Source: Candidatus Gottesmanbacteria bacterium
GTDB lineage: Bacteria > Patescibacteriota > Microgenomatia > UBA10105 > UBA927
NCBI GenBank assembly: GCA_023245355.1
Contig: JAHFKN010000002.1
Span: 8,460 to 72,459, forward strand
Direction of reading: 5' to 3'
Length of the DNA: 64,000 nucleotides
A program made the translations under genes and the position numbers. Of this stretch, positions 1 to 9,176 are shown piece after piece (position 1 is the first letter of the stretch; each line of letters begins with the position of its first letter). The notes under the pieces were generated by a model. The model made no database searches. It was not told where the DNA came from and saw nothing but the letters and a program-made list of their open reading frames with translations.

Positions 1-930
1 ACGCTCACCAGCGGAAAACCGGTGGTTACCGACATTATTCCGTTCGGCAACACCCGAAAAAATGACGTTCTTGGCATTGCATCCTCTCTTGAGCAGGGCT
101 CTGAACATTCCCTGGGAGAAGCAATAGGTACGTATGCAAAAGAACATGCAATCACCCGCAACAAAGTTACGAAGTTCCGGGCCATTGCCGGCCACGGGAT
201 CACCGGCAGCATTCATAAGACGTCCTACTATTTCGGAAACCGGGCGCTTATGAAATCTCAGGATATTTCCGTCGGATCCGCTGAACATGCGATGAGTTCA
301 CTGGAAAAGGAGGGAAAGACGGTCATGTTGCTGTCTGCTAACAAAACCATTCTGGGACTTATCGCTGTTGCCGATACGCTGAAAACCAGCGCAATAAGCA
401 CGGTTACCACGCTTACCCGCCTCGGAATTACCGTCTGGATGATTACCGGTGACAATGAACGTACGGCACATGCAGTAGCAAAAAGCGCCGGAATTACGAA
501 CGTGTTAGCCGGTGTGCTCCCGCAACAAAAGGCAGAAAAAATTACTGAGCTGAAACGCAATAAACGCAGCGTTGTCGCATTTGCCGGCGATGGTATCAAT
601 GATGCCCCGGCACTTGCCGGCGCTGACGTCGGAATTGCTATGGGAACAGGAACAGATGTCGCGATAGAATCAGCCGGAATCACATTACTGAACAAAGACT
701 TAAATAGTGTTGTTTCTGCGATAAAACTATCAAAACAAACACTTGCCATTATCAAACAAAACCTCTTCTGGGCATTTGCGTACAACGTCATACTTATTCC
801 GGTTTCCTCCGGTATTCTCTACCCGTTTACCGGCTGGTTATTAAACCCTGCCATTGCTGCGTTTGCCATGGCAGCAAGCAGCATTTCCGTTGTGGGTAAT
901 TCCCTTCGGCTTAAAGGGGCAAAAATATGA
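1..930 (+). CDS. copA: Heavy-metal (Cu+-type) P1B-ATPase, 5'-truncated by the window edge
   Basis: Frame opens at base 1 with TLTSGKP (the residues that follow DKTG); SEHSLG, ITGDN, GDGINDAPAL, YN and MAASS metal-ligand motifs. Confidence 0.88.
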   Translation, partial: TLTSGKPVVTDIIPFGNTRKNDVLGIASSLEQGSEHSLGEAIGTYAKEHAITRNKVTKFRAIAGHGITGSIHKTSYYFGNRALMKSQDISVGSAEHAMSSLEKEGKTVMLLSANKTILGLIAVADTLKTSAISTVTTLTRLGITVWMITGDNERTAHAVAKSAGITNVLAGVLPQQKAEKITELKRNKRSVVAFAGDGINDAPALAGADVGIAMGTGTDVAIESAGITLLNKDLNSVVSAIKLSKQTLAIIKQNLFWAFAYNVILIPVSSGILYPFTGWLLNPAIAAFAMAASSISVVGNSLRLKGAKI

Positions 931-1424
931 GTTCTGATACCAAATTTATTTTCGGGGCGATTATCATAAGCGTTCTTATCATCGTTGGGGCAGCGGTAAC
1001 GTTAAGCCGTGATAATTCTCCCAAACGGGAAAATCTGGGAATTGCCTCGATGACTATCGACAAAAAAGAGGAAGATTTCGGCTCTATGAAGGTAAGCGAT
1101 GAAAAAACAGCTACGTTTACGATAACAAATACCAGCGATACGACATTACGGATTTGGGGAGTTTCCACATCGTGTAACTGCACGTATGCAACTGTCACGA
1201 TTGGCGGATCTGAAACGGGAGAATTCAATATGCCGACACACATGAGTAGCGCCATGAAAAATTGGGTAGGTGAGATTCCTGCCAGTCAAACCGCGACACT
1301 CAAAGCAATATACCGCCCGAAAATTATGCCTGTATTGGGCGTAGTATCCCGACAAATTCGATTCTCTACAAATGACCCCAAAAATCCTGAAGTTGAACTA
1401 TCAATAAAAGCGAACGTGTTATGA
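927..1424 (+). CDS. DUF1573-like Ig-fold exported protein
   Basis: N-terminal TM segment; DFG...F.ITN, TSCNCT and TNDP motifs; ATGA overlap with the ATPase. Confidence 0.7.
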   Translation: MSSDTKFIFGAIIISVLIIVGAAVTLSRDNSPKRENLGIASMTIDKKEEDFGSMKVSDEKTATFTITNTSDTTLRIWGVSTSCNCTYATVTIGGSETGEFNMPTHMSSAMKNWVGEIPASQTATLKAIYRPKIMPVLGVVSRQIRFSTNDPKNPEVELSIKANVL

Positions 1425-2257
1425 CCCTCGTAACAGGCATTTCTCTTATTACCGCGTTCTTTGGTGGCATGGTGGCACTGTTTGCGCCATGCTGTATTAC
1501 GTTTTTGCTGCCCTCCTACTTGGCAAATATTTTCCGCGAAAAAGGCCGCGTCGTATGGATGACGCTTATTTTCGGACTTGGTATCGCCACTGTATTGGTT
1601 CCCGTAGCCCTGGGAATACGCGCCGTCGGCAATCTGTTTTTGGACTATCACACACAAACGTATATCGTCGGAGGACTGTTTATGATGTTGCTGGGCGTTA
1701 TGGAAATTACCGGGCGGAAAATAACGCTCCCCATGATTCACCTGACCATTGATCTCAACAAGCGTCACGATCCGTGGTCGGTATATGTGCTCGGGATCTT
1801 TTCAGGTATCACGACCTCATGCTGTACGCCGGTTCTGGCAGGCGTACTCACGGTGAGTTTCCTTTCCGTAAACATGCTCTGGGCCGGCCTTGCAGGACTC
1901 TCATATGTCTTCGGCATGGTGACTCCCCTTGTCGTATTAGCGCTTATGTTAGAAAAAGTGAATTGGACGACCCTTCCTCAATTCCGCACCAAAACGGTCA
2001 GAGCATTCGGTAAATCAATTCTGTTGACCGATTATATTGCCGGCATTCTTTATATATTTGTCGGTATTCTGTTCAGCGTCCTGGCGCTGACGGGGCGCAT
2101 TACCATGGGCATGGCACAACCGCTGGAAACCAGCCTGGGGATATTCTGGGGTGTTGCTCGCTTCATACGCTCAATCCCCTACGGTGAATATTTCTTCGGC
2201 GCGCTGCTCATTACGGCGATAGTAATCCTGATTCAAAAAGAAAGGAAACAGTCATGA
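1421..2257 (+). CDS. CcdA/DsbD-type transmembrane thiol-disulfide protein
   Basis: Multi-TM protein with APCC and SCCTP cysteine motifs in the CcdA positions. Confidence 0.8.
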   Translation: MTLVTGISLITAFFGGMVALFAPCCITFLLPSYLANIFREKGRVVWMTLIFGLGIATVLVPVALGIRAVGNLFLDYHTQTYIVGGLFMMLLGVMEITGRKITLPMIHLTIDLNKRHDPWSVYVLGIFSGITTSCCTPVLAGVLTVSFLSVNMLWAGLAGLSYVFGMVTPLVVLALMLEKVNWTTLPQFRTKTVRAFGKSILLTDYIAGILYIFVGILFSVLALTGRITMGMAQPLETSLGIFWGVARFIRSIPYGEYFFGALLITAIVILIQKERKQS

Positions 2258-3447
2258 ACAAACTTTTTTTCCGGTTGCCCAAAACACCCCCCGCTTCATT
2301 AGGGAAAATATATGTGTTTCTTTTTACAACAGGAGTCTTACTGCTGGGGTTCTTTTTAGGACGCAATCAAACGGGGCTCCTTTCTGCCGGTGATACGGTG
2401 TCAGTGCGTCAGCTGAAGAACATGATAGCAAAGGGAAACATAACGCTCATAAACGTTCATACGCCATATGAAGGAGAAATCGAACGGACAAACGCAATCA
2501 TTGCATTTGATAAAATTGTTGAACAAAGCAGTGCGCTCCCGAAAGATAAAAATGCGCCTATTGTCCTCTACTGCAAATCCGGGAGAATGAGCGAAGAAGC
2601 GCTGCTGACAATCCGTAAACTTGGCTACACCAATGTAAAACATCTTTCCGGCGGTATGGAAAAATGGGAACAATCCGGCGGAAAAATTCTGAACCTTTCG
2701 ACGCTTGAAGCCTCTGTTCTGCCGAAAGACGGAATTACCCTCCCCGTTACCTGGAAAGACATAGGACAAAAACTCACTCGGGCCGGTGTCATCAATTATC
2801 CTGAATTTAAAAAGGTTGTATCCATGACACCCGAGCAGGACAAAATACTGACTGAAGGGTCGCAGGATAACATAAACATTAACGCTGCCAATAGCCAGTT
2901 TGTTGTCGACGTTTTGTGGGCACTCGGATTAGCACAAAAAAGCATCGTCTATACGGACGGACCTTTGGGGAAAGAGTATGCGAACCAACAAGGAGATTTT
3001 GCGTCCACCGGGGGCTGGAATTTATCCGTGGGAAATGCAGTTAATTATCTGAATAAATTCGACATCGTATCACTTACTGCCGAACAGCAGATGAAAGTCG
3101 GTGAGATCGCCAAGAACGTATATCGTCCGTGCTGCGGAAACTCCACATGGTTTCCGGATTGTAATCACGGTATGGCGGCTCTTGCCGTCATAGAACTTCT
3201 GGTGTCCGCAAACATTCCGGAAAGCGATATATACCGGTACGTACTGGGTTTTAACAGCTTCTGGTTCCCGGATAATTATCTTACTGTTGCCACGTATTTT
3301 GCCCGGGCGGGCACCTCATGGAGCAATGTTGACGCCAAAGAAGTGCTGGGAGAAAAATTCTCGAGCGGAAAGGGTGCAGGAGAAATTTCTAAAAAAGTCG
3401 GCCCTCTTCCCAATCGCCCGACAACAGGAGGTAGCTGTGGAGCGTAA
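2254..3447 (+). CDS. Membrane-anchored rhodanese-domain protein fused to a Cys/His-motif domain
   Basis: Rhodanese loop YCKSGRMS and LSGGMEKW; C-terminal RPCCGNSTWFPDCNHG; ends GGSCGA. Confidence 0.75.
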   Translation: MNKLFFRLPKTPPASLGKIYVFLFTTGVLLLGFFLGRNQTGLLSAGDTVSVRQLKNMIAKGNITLINVHTPYEGEIERTNAIIAFDKIVEQSSALPKDKNAPIVLYCKSGRMSEEALLTIRKLGYTNVKHLSGGMEKWEQSGGKILNLSTLEASVLPKDGITLPVTWKDIGQKLTRAGVINYPEFKKVVSMTPEQDKILTEGSQDNININAANSQFVVDVLWALGLAQKSIVYTDGPLGKEYANQQGDFASTGGWNLSVGNAVNYLNKFDIVSLTAEQQMKVGEIAKNVYRPCCGNSTWFPDCNHGMAALAVIELLVSANIPESDIYRYVLGFNSFWFPDNYLTVATYFARAGTSWSNVDAKEVLGEKFSSGKGAGEISKKVGPLPNRPTTGGSCGA

Positions 3448-3453
3448 AACAAA

Positions 3454-4113
3454 TCAACTCCGGTTGATCTCTTTTTGAAGCTGTGTAAAATCACGGACAA
3501 TAAGCAATCTGCCGCGGGTAGAAAGCAATCCCTTTTTTACCAGTGTTTCTACCTGTAAGCTGGCTGTTTCCCGGGTGGTACCGATCCACGAGGCAATTTC
3601 CCTATGTGTCAGCGGGATTTTCAGCGCAATCCCCTCTTTTGTTTTTTCTCCGAAATTCTCGGCGTAATAGAGAATCAGAAGTATCGTCTTCGTGTATGCG
3701 TCATCAAGTACCAACTGAGCGACGCGGCTCACAAATCCTGAAAGCCCCAACGCCAACCGCTGAGTCGCATAAAACAATGCCTCAGGATGAGTCCTCAAAA
3801 ATTCGACAAACACCTCTTTCGGGGCGCGCGCGACATTTACCGGTGTCATGGCTTCGAAATGATAGATGTTGGGCGTATCATTTAGTATCCAGGTAAGCGG
3901 AAAAAACGATCCGGGCTTATAAATATGGACGATAAACGTCTCGCCCGACGGCGAAAGAAGATATTGCCGTACATAGCCGCTTTGCAGGTAATATACCCCG
4001 AACGGCGCGTCCTCTGCCCGCAAAATAAACTCACCCTTTTTATACGCCATCGGCGGGTAGCTTACAAAAAATGTCTCGATATTTTTTATCGCCTGGGGAT
4101 CAGTTTTTGCCAT
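3454..4113 (-). CDS. Crp/Fnr family transcriptional regulator
   Basis: cNMP-binding-type N-domain and HTH LTHREIASWIGTTRETAS. Confidence 0.92.
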   Translation of the reverse strand: MAKTDPQAIKNIETFFVSYPPMAYKKGEFILRAEDAPFGVYYLQSGYVRQYLLSPSGETFIVHIYKPGSFFPLTWILNDTPNIYHFEAMTPVNVARAPKEVFVEFLRTHPEALFYATQRLALGLSGFVSRVAQLVLDDAYTKTILLILYYAENFGEKTKEGIALKIPLTHREIASWIGTTRETASLQVETLVKKGLLSTRGRLLIVRDFTQLQKEINRS

Positions 4114-4152
4114 ATCTCACAATGAGTATACTCCTCCATGTCACAATTCTTA

Positions 4153-4168
4153 TGTATTATAGATCACA
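4153..4168. promoter_or_regulatory. CRP-like operator (TGTAT-N6-TCACA)
   Basis: Near match to TGTGA-N6-TCACA between the divergent Crp/Fnr and VKOR genes, centred about 41 nt upstream of the VKOR start. Confidence 0.6.
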
Positions 4169-4200
4169 TATATTTTACCAAATATATGTATACTGAATAC

Positions 4201-4644
4201 ATGCCTAAAACAGCCTCTGATACGAAATCGAGAAATCTTAACCGCATCATATTTTTCCTCTCACTCTTGGGCATCGTCATGGCCATTTATGTACTGCAAA
4301 GTTTCATACGGAAAACCGGCATCGTGTGCGTCACGAGCGGATGTGAACTGGTGCGGAAAAATCCGGCGAGTTATCTCTTCGGCGTTATCCCCGTCCCCGC
4401 GGTCGGCTTAGTAGGATATTCCATCATCGCATTCTTAGCATTCTTACGTACCTCCAAAAGCAAGTCATGGATGCTCAAAGGCATGCTTGGCATGGCGACA
4501 TTCGGAGTCGCATTCGTTTCATGGTTCACGTATACGGAAATCTTTATTATCAAAGGCGTCTGTACATGGTGTGCACTCTCCGCGGTAAACATGGTTGTCA
4601 TCTTCCTGTTGCTCCTCAAAAGTCATACACTACAGAATAGATAA
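4201..4644 (+). CDS. Vitamin K epoxide reductase (VKOR) family protein
   Basis: CVTSGC loop cysteines and CTWC in a TM helix; start placed at 4201 behind TATACT (4189-4194). Confidence 0.88.
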   Translation: MPKTASDTKSRNLNRIIFFLSLLGIVMAIYVLQSFIRKTGIVCVTSGCELVRKNPASYLFGVIPVPAVGLVGYSIIAFLAFLRTSKSKSWMLKGMLGMATFGVAFVSWFTYTEIFIIKGVCTWCALSAVNMVVIFLLLLKSHTLQNR

Positions 4645-4664
4645 CCAGAAAAAGGAGGCTGCCT

Positions 4665-5420
4665 ATGTTTGATTTATCCAATAAAGTTGCGCTTGTTACC
4701 GGAGCATCAAGCGGCATGGGAAGAGCTACTGCCATCGCTCTGGCTAACCAGGGAGCTCACGTTGTCGCCGCAGCCCGGCGCATGGAAAAACTCGAAGCAG
4801 TTGTCGCTGAAATACGGTCCCGGGGAAAAGAAGCGCTTGCAGTACAGATGGATGTGACAAAACGCGCGGACGTTGATGCGGCAGTCGCCATGGCTGTCAA
4901 AACATTCGGGAAACTCGATATTCTCGTTAATAACGCCGGGTACTTAGACTACTCCCCTTTCCTGGATATGAAAGAGGAAGCGTGGGATAAAGTCATCGAT
5001 ACGAATCTCAAGGGATATTTTTATGCCGCGCAGGCGGCAGCCCGGGAAATGACAAAAACCAAATGGGGCCGGATTATCAACATTGCATCAATCGGCTCCG
5101 GAGGGGTGGGAGTCGGCTTTCCTATGATATCCCACTACTGTGCAAGTAAAGGCGGCGTCATTGGCCTTACAGAGGCTCTGGCAGGAGAATTAGGAGCAAG
5201 CGGCATCACGGTAAATGCCATCGGGCCCGGAGGTGTTGATACGGAAATGACCAAAGGAACGACGGAAGAAGCAAAAAAAGGTATGACAGCGAGGCTGCCC
5301 ATCAAGCGATTCGGCACACCGGAAGAAATTGCCGCAGCGGTTGTATACTTTGCTTCCGAAGAGGCCGCATACACGACAGGCGCAACCTTGTATGTAGACG
5401 GCGGCTGGCTTGCGACCTGA
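4665..5420 (+). CDS. Short-chain dehydrogenase/reductase (FabG-like)
   Basis: TGASSGMG, NNAG and YCASK motifs; AAGGAGG SD. Confidence 0.93.
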   Translation: MFDLSNKVALVTGASSGMGRATAIALANQGAHVVAAARRMEKLEAVVAEIRSRGKEALAVQMDVTKRADVDAAVAMAVKTFGKLDILVNNAGYLDYSPFLDMKEEAWDKVIDTNLKGYFYAAQAAAREMTKTKWGRIINIASIGSGGVGVGFPMISHYCASKGGVIGLTEALAGELGASGITVNAIGPGGVDTEMTKGTTEEAKKGMTARLPIKRFGTPEEIAAAVVYFASEEAAYTTGATLYVDGGWLAT

Positions 5421-5476
5421 GGAATCCCTGCTCATTCACCTCTTATTCATACGCAGAACTATATTTCAGCGTGGCG

Positions 5477-6148
5477 TTACAGATAGAGCGCGACGGTCAT
5501 ATTCCAGAATATATGGATCAATATAGGAGCCACAAGAGATCCCGTATTATACAGAAGCAGCGCGTTGGCAAAAGCCAAAATAAAATCCGTTACGAAAAAA
5601 AGCAACAATGCTGACCCCTGCAGTTTTAAGGAAAATGCCAGAATCGGTATATGCAGCACGACAAACATAAGGGCGGAAAGTGTCGCTGAGTATATAAGCC
5701 CCTTCTTCCCCTCCATGAGTCTCGAAAAGACAAATCCGCGGCTCAGTACTTCTTCCGAAAAAGCGGTTGCGGCAGAAAGCAGAATCAGCATACCCATGCC
5801 ATACTGTTCAAAAGCGGCAATCGGCATAATCTCAATTTTGCCGTATTTGATGGCATTAGCTGCCAGTCCTTCCAGTGCAAACACGAAGCCGAACCCTAAT
5901 CCGATATACACGCTGGTGAAGAAATTCTTGCCGGATAACCCGATGGAAGCAAGTGAGCGCTTCTCACGGTTTCTCACGTACCAAAGGACGGGAAGCACAA
6001 ATATCATGGGCTTAAAAATAAATTCATCTGCCCATTCGGGTAACTGGAAAAAATACCGGTAGAGCGCCCATGCAAGGACAATCCACCCCCATACCCGATA
6101 TGTAGATTCCACCAAACTTATAGGAGATACCGCAGTTATTTTTTTCAC
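5477..6148 (-). CDS. CPBP/CAAX (Abi) intramembrane metalloprotease
   Basis: EEVLSRG, FVVLH and HIFWN motifs. Confidence 0.88.
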   Translation of the reverse strand: MKKITAVSPISLVESTYRVWGWIVLAWALYRYFFQLPEWADEFIFKPMIFVLPVLWYVRNREKRSLASIGLSGKNFFTSVYIGLGFGFVFALEGLAANAIKYGKIEIMPIAAFEQYGMGMLILLSAATAFSEEVLSRGFVFSRLMEGKKGLIYSATLSALMFVVLHIPILAFSLKLQGSALLLFFVTDFILAFANALLLYNTGSLVAPILIHIFWNMTVALYL

Positions 6149-6163
6149 TCTATTAGTACGATA

Positions 6164-6685
6164 CTAGCTGGAACTACCTGTTGCAAGCACGACTTTTACG
6201 GGGTGCTTCCTCGGCCTGGTTTGGTCTACAGCCTCGGTCATCGTTACGATAATCATATCGATGATACGTTTGGCTTCCTCAAGCGTTAACCGCCTGACAT
6301 TATGGGGGAAATAATGAAACACCAGATTACGCCCCTGCTTCCATGTCATCCAAACGGCATCTGCCAGCGACGGACTATATTGCTTTGCAATTGCACTGTA
6401 CGCGCTTCTGCTGCCCAAGCGGCGTATAAGATTCGGACTCAGCACCTTTCCGAGACGAAAATGCGTACTCATATACTCCCGTTCGGTGATGATGGAAAGG
6501 TCCCGGAATAGTTCCTTAAGAAATCCCTCATACAGCTTGGCAAACGGAAACACGAGATATGAATAATCGCTCAGATGCTCATTAGGATGATTTTGTCTGT
6601 CTTCTACCAATAATTGCCCGTCTACTGCCAGCTGCCGCTGTGTCAGACTCATATACTGCCACAAAAGAGATCCTTCTTTGATCAT
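6164..6685 (-). CDS. Stand-alone HEPN-domain protein, RnlA/RNase LS-like
   Basis: DYSYLVFPFAKLYEGFLK helix and RNLVFH (Rx4H) motif. Confidence 0.6.
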   Translation of the reverse strand: MIKEGSLLWQYMSLTQRQLAVDGQLLVEDRQNHPNEHLSDYSYLVFPFAKLYEGFLKELFRDLSIITEREYMSTHFRLGKVLSPNLIRRLGSRSAYSAIAKQYSPSLADAVWMTWKQGRNLVFHYFPHNVRRLTLEEAKRIIDMIIVTMTEAVDQTRPRKHPVKVVLATGSSS

Positions 6686-6688
6686 AAA

Positions 6689-7150
6689 TCAGCGGATAAA
6701 AATGAGTGTTTCAGTAAGAAAAACCACGGCGGATACGATAAGAATAAGCCGCTGTGAAGAAGGAGACACCGGACCCGCAACCATGCGGTACCAGCTGTTT
6801 ACATTGCCAGTAACCTTCCACTCTCCTATCTGCCAGAGCAGCATCTGAAGATACAAAGACAGCACGAGTCCGCTCCCGATTGTTCCGGTAGAACTGGTTA
6901 CCACAAAAAACGCGACTGCGGCAAACAACGCGCCGAATACCACAGACCGAAACGGCGACGGGTTCAGGGCAAAAAATATTTCAGCGGCGTCCAGAAAATA
7001 TATACCAAGTGCCCCTCCTGCAAAAAACCAAAGCGCATCGAGCGACGGATGAAGTACCCATTTTGCCAGCACGATAATCAGCAGATATATAAGCGAAATA
7101 TAGACAAATATCCGTGGTTTTTGCCGAAGCACCGCTTTCACGTTATCCAT
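6689..7150 (-). CDS. Hypothetical membrane protein
   Basis: Hydrophobic ORF packed in the operon. Confidence 0.6.
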   Translation of the reverse strand: MDNVKAVLRQKPRIFVYISLIYLLIIVLAKWVLHPSLDALWFFAGGALGIYFLDAAEIFFALNPSPFRSVVFGALFAAVAFFVVTSSTGTIGSGLVLSLYLQMLLWQIGEWKVTGNVNSWYRMVAGPVSPSSQRLILIVSAVVFLTETLIFIR

Positions 7151-7178
7151 GTATATATATTCTAATGCAGAAGCCTGC

Positions 7179-7442
7179 CTATTGAGAAGCGGCTTGCCGC
7201 AACTCCTTCATTTTCCACATAAATAATTTACCTTTACTTGTCGCTCTGGCATCCTTCACGAAAGACAGTGCTTTTTCGAGTATCGCCCGGGGCACGGTTT
7301 TTGCCAGGCGTATATACAGCGATTTATGTTTATAATCTCCCAGTGTTTCTGCAAGATAAATGCCGTATGCCTGAAACTCGCGGGATATGTATTTATCCTC
7401 TACGGGATTAAAAGAAGAAAGAATTGTTCCGATTTTTTGCAT
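7179..7442 (-). CDS. Small hypothetical protein
   Basis: 87-aa basic helical ORF 2 nt downstream of pth. Confidence 0.6.
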   Translation of the reverse strand: MQKIGTILSSFNPVEDKYISREFQAYGIYLAETLGDYKHKSLYIRLAKTVPRAILEKALSFVKDARATSKGKLFMWKMKELRQAASQ

Positions 7443-7444
7443 GG

Positions 7445-8035
7445 TTAATTAAATCTGTTCATGGCCTTATCAATGCCCTTAAACAGGCCGACCCGCACTG
7501 CCTCTACCCCATGCTGGACGAGATGCTTAAACTCTCCCGCCTCACTTCGACCGAACTTTGACAACACAAAGCGGATAACCGATGACTGATGAAGCTGCCG
7601 GTCGGCAACGACCGTTCCGCCGCTTTTGATTTTGCCGATCCCCAAACGGATCCGTACAAATTTATCACTTCCTAATTCCCGGATAACGGAATCTATACCG
7701 TGATGTCCGGCGGAAGCCCCCCCTACCCTGATGCGTATTTTTCCGAGCGGTAAATCAAGGTCATCGTGCACCACCCATATATCTTCCGTTTTCATTTTAT
7801 AAAACGCGGCGACACTTTTCACTGCGACGCCGCTGGCATTCATATATGTTTCCGGCTTAAGAAGGATGACCTCCCCTGCCCGTGCAATACCGGCTTTATG
7901 CTTTGCGGAAGCCTCCCACTTTATGTCCGCGCCTCCCAACTCATGCGCGAGTTTTTCAACAACCATAAATCCTACGTTATGACGGGTATCCTGATATTTT
8001 TCTCCCGGATTTCCGAGGCCGACAATTAATTTCAT
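7445..8035 (-). CDS. pth: Peptidyl-tRNA hydrolase
   Basis: GLGNPG, TRHNVG, TYMNASG and HDDLD motifs. Confidence 0.97.
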   Translation of the reverse strand: MKLIVGLGNPGEKYQDTRHNVGFMVVEKLAHELGGADIKWEASAKHKAGIARAGEVILLKPETYMNASGVAVKSVAAFYKMKTEDIWVVHDDLDLPLGKIRIRVGGASAGHHGIDSVIRELGSDKFVRIRLGIGKIKSGGTVVADRQLHQSSVIRFVLSKFGRSEAGEFKHLVQHGVEAVRVGLFKGIDKAMNRFN

Positions 8036-8078
8036 ATGCGTTTTGATAGCCCTTTCTTACTATCTAACTATATACTAA

Positions 8079-8750
8079 TTATGTGAGCATTGCGATCACT
8101 TCTTCGTCCGTAACCTGCGGGAATGACTGATAGTAATCACTCACTGCCGCCAGTGACTGCGCCTCATGATACACGACAAGTTCGTCAACTTCAGGCGTAA
8201 GCATCATGACTGCTTCTTTTGAGGCTATGGGGGTTGCGACAATAATCGTTCTCGCCTTTTTCTTTTTTGCCCAACGGACTGCCGTTTCCAGAGTCTTTCC
8301 TGTCGCGGCTCCGTCATCAACAAGAACAACGTTTGCTCCCTCTATACCGAACGGTTTATTGCGTTTACGGTACAGGCGTGTCTGCGTACGTATTTCCCGG
8401 GTTAAACGGCCGATCTCACGCATCACGTACGACTCATCGGCGCCGACGCGTTGGGCTACTCCCCATTCCACCAGCAAAACACCATCCTGTGTAACTGCCC
8501 CGAGAGCAAACTCCGGATTCCCGGGTCCTGAAAGTTTCTTTATGACTAACACGTCAACCGGTACGGATAATTTCTTAGCGACGACGGAGGCTGTTACGAC
8601 TCCCCCTCTTGCAAGCCCGAGAATACGCGGGGTCGTCCGCGATTTTTCAGCCAGCTTTTCTGCAAGAAGCATTGCAGCATGTATTCTGTCTTTGAATAAC
8701 ACGTGATTAGCACCCGTCTTTTCCATACCGTCACTCACTCCAGGTGCCAA
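8079..8750 (-). CDS. Phosphoribosyltransferase family protein
   Basis: FKDR..A, ARGG and VLVDDGAATG PRPP loop; start uncertain. Confidence 0.85.
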   Translation of the reverse strand: MAPGVSDGMEKTGANHVLFKDRIHAAMLLAEKLAEKSRTTPRILGLARGGVVTASVVAKKLSVPVDVLVIKKLSGPGNPEFALGAVTQDGVLLVEWGVAQRVGADESYVMREIGRLTREIRTQTRLYRKRNKPFGIEGANVVLVDDGAATGKTLETAVRWAKKKKARTIIVATPIASKEAVMMLTPEVDELVVYHEAQSLAAVSDYYQSFPQVTDEEVIAMLT

Positions 8751-8776
8751 TCATGTGTTGATCAACACATAATGGA

Positions 8777-9106
8777 TTACTTACCCATTTTTGCCAATTG
8801 CTTTTCAGCAAGGTCTCCGACGTACGGAACTTTGTACATCTCTCCCTGGAACGCTTTCCACATACATACGATCCACAGGATAAATGTCGTAAAGCTCAGC
8901 AACAATCCGAGGAGCCATCCGATTATCGGAAGGAATCCGAGCACTATATTCGCAACAAACACTCCGCCGAACAATATCGTGGACTGCATTGCGTGAAAGC
9001 GCACGAATTTACTCTGCTTTTCCAAAAGCAGCATGATAATACCGGTGACAAATCCCAAGAGATAACTCACCGCTCCCATCAAATTCTCATTTCCTTTATC
9101 TGCCAT
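8777..9106 (-). CDS. DUF4870-like membrane protein
   Basis: SYLLGFVTG and FVRFHAMQS motifs; GGAGGTGA SD. Confidence 0.75.
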   Translation of the reverse strand: MADKGNENLMGAVSYLLGFVTGIIMLLLEKQSKFVRFHAMQSTILFGGVFVANIVLGFLPIIGWLLGLLLSFTTFILWIVCMWKAFQGEMYKVPYVGDLAEKQLAKMGK

Positions 9107-9176
9107 TTTATTCTCACCTCCCTTTCTATTTTTACCATACCATGTTTTTTTTCAATGCGTCAATCGCTGCTGATGC

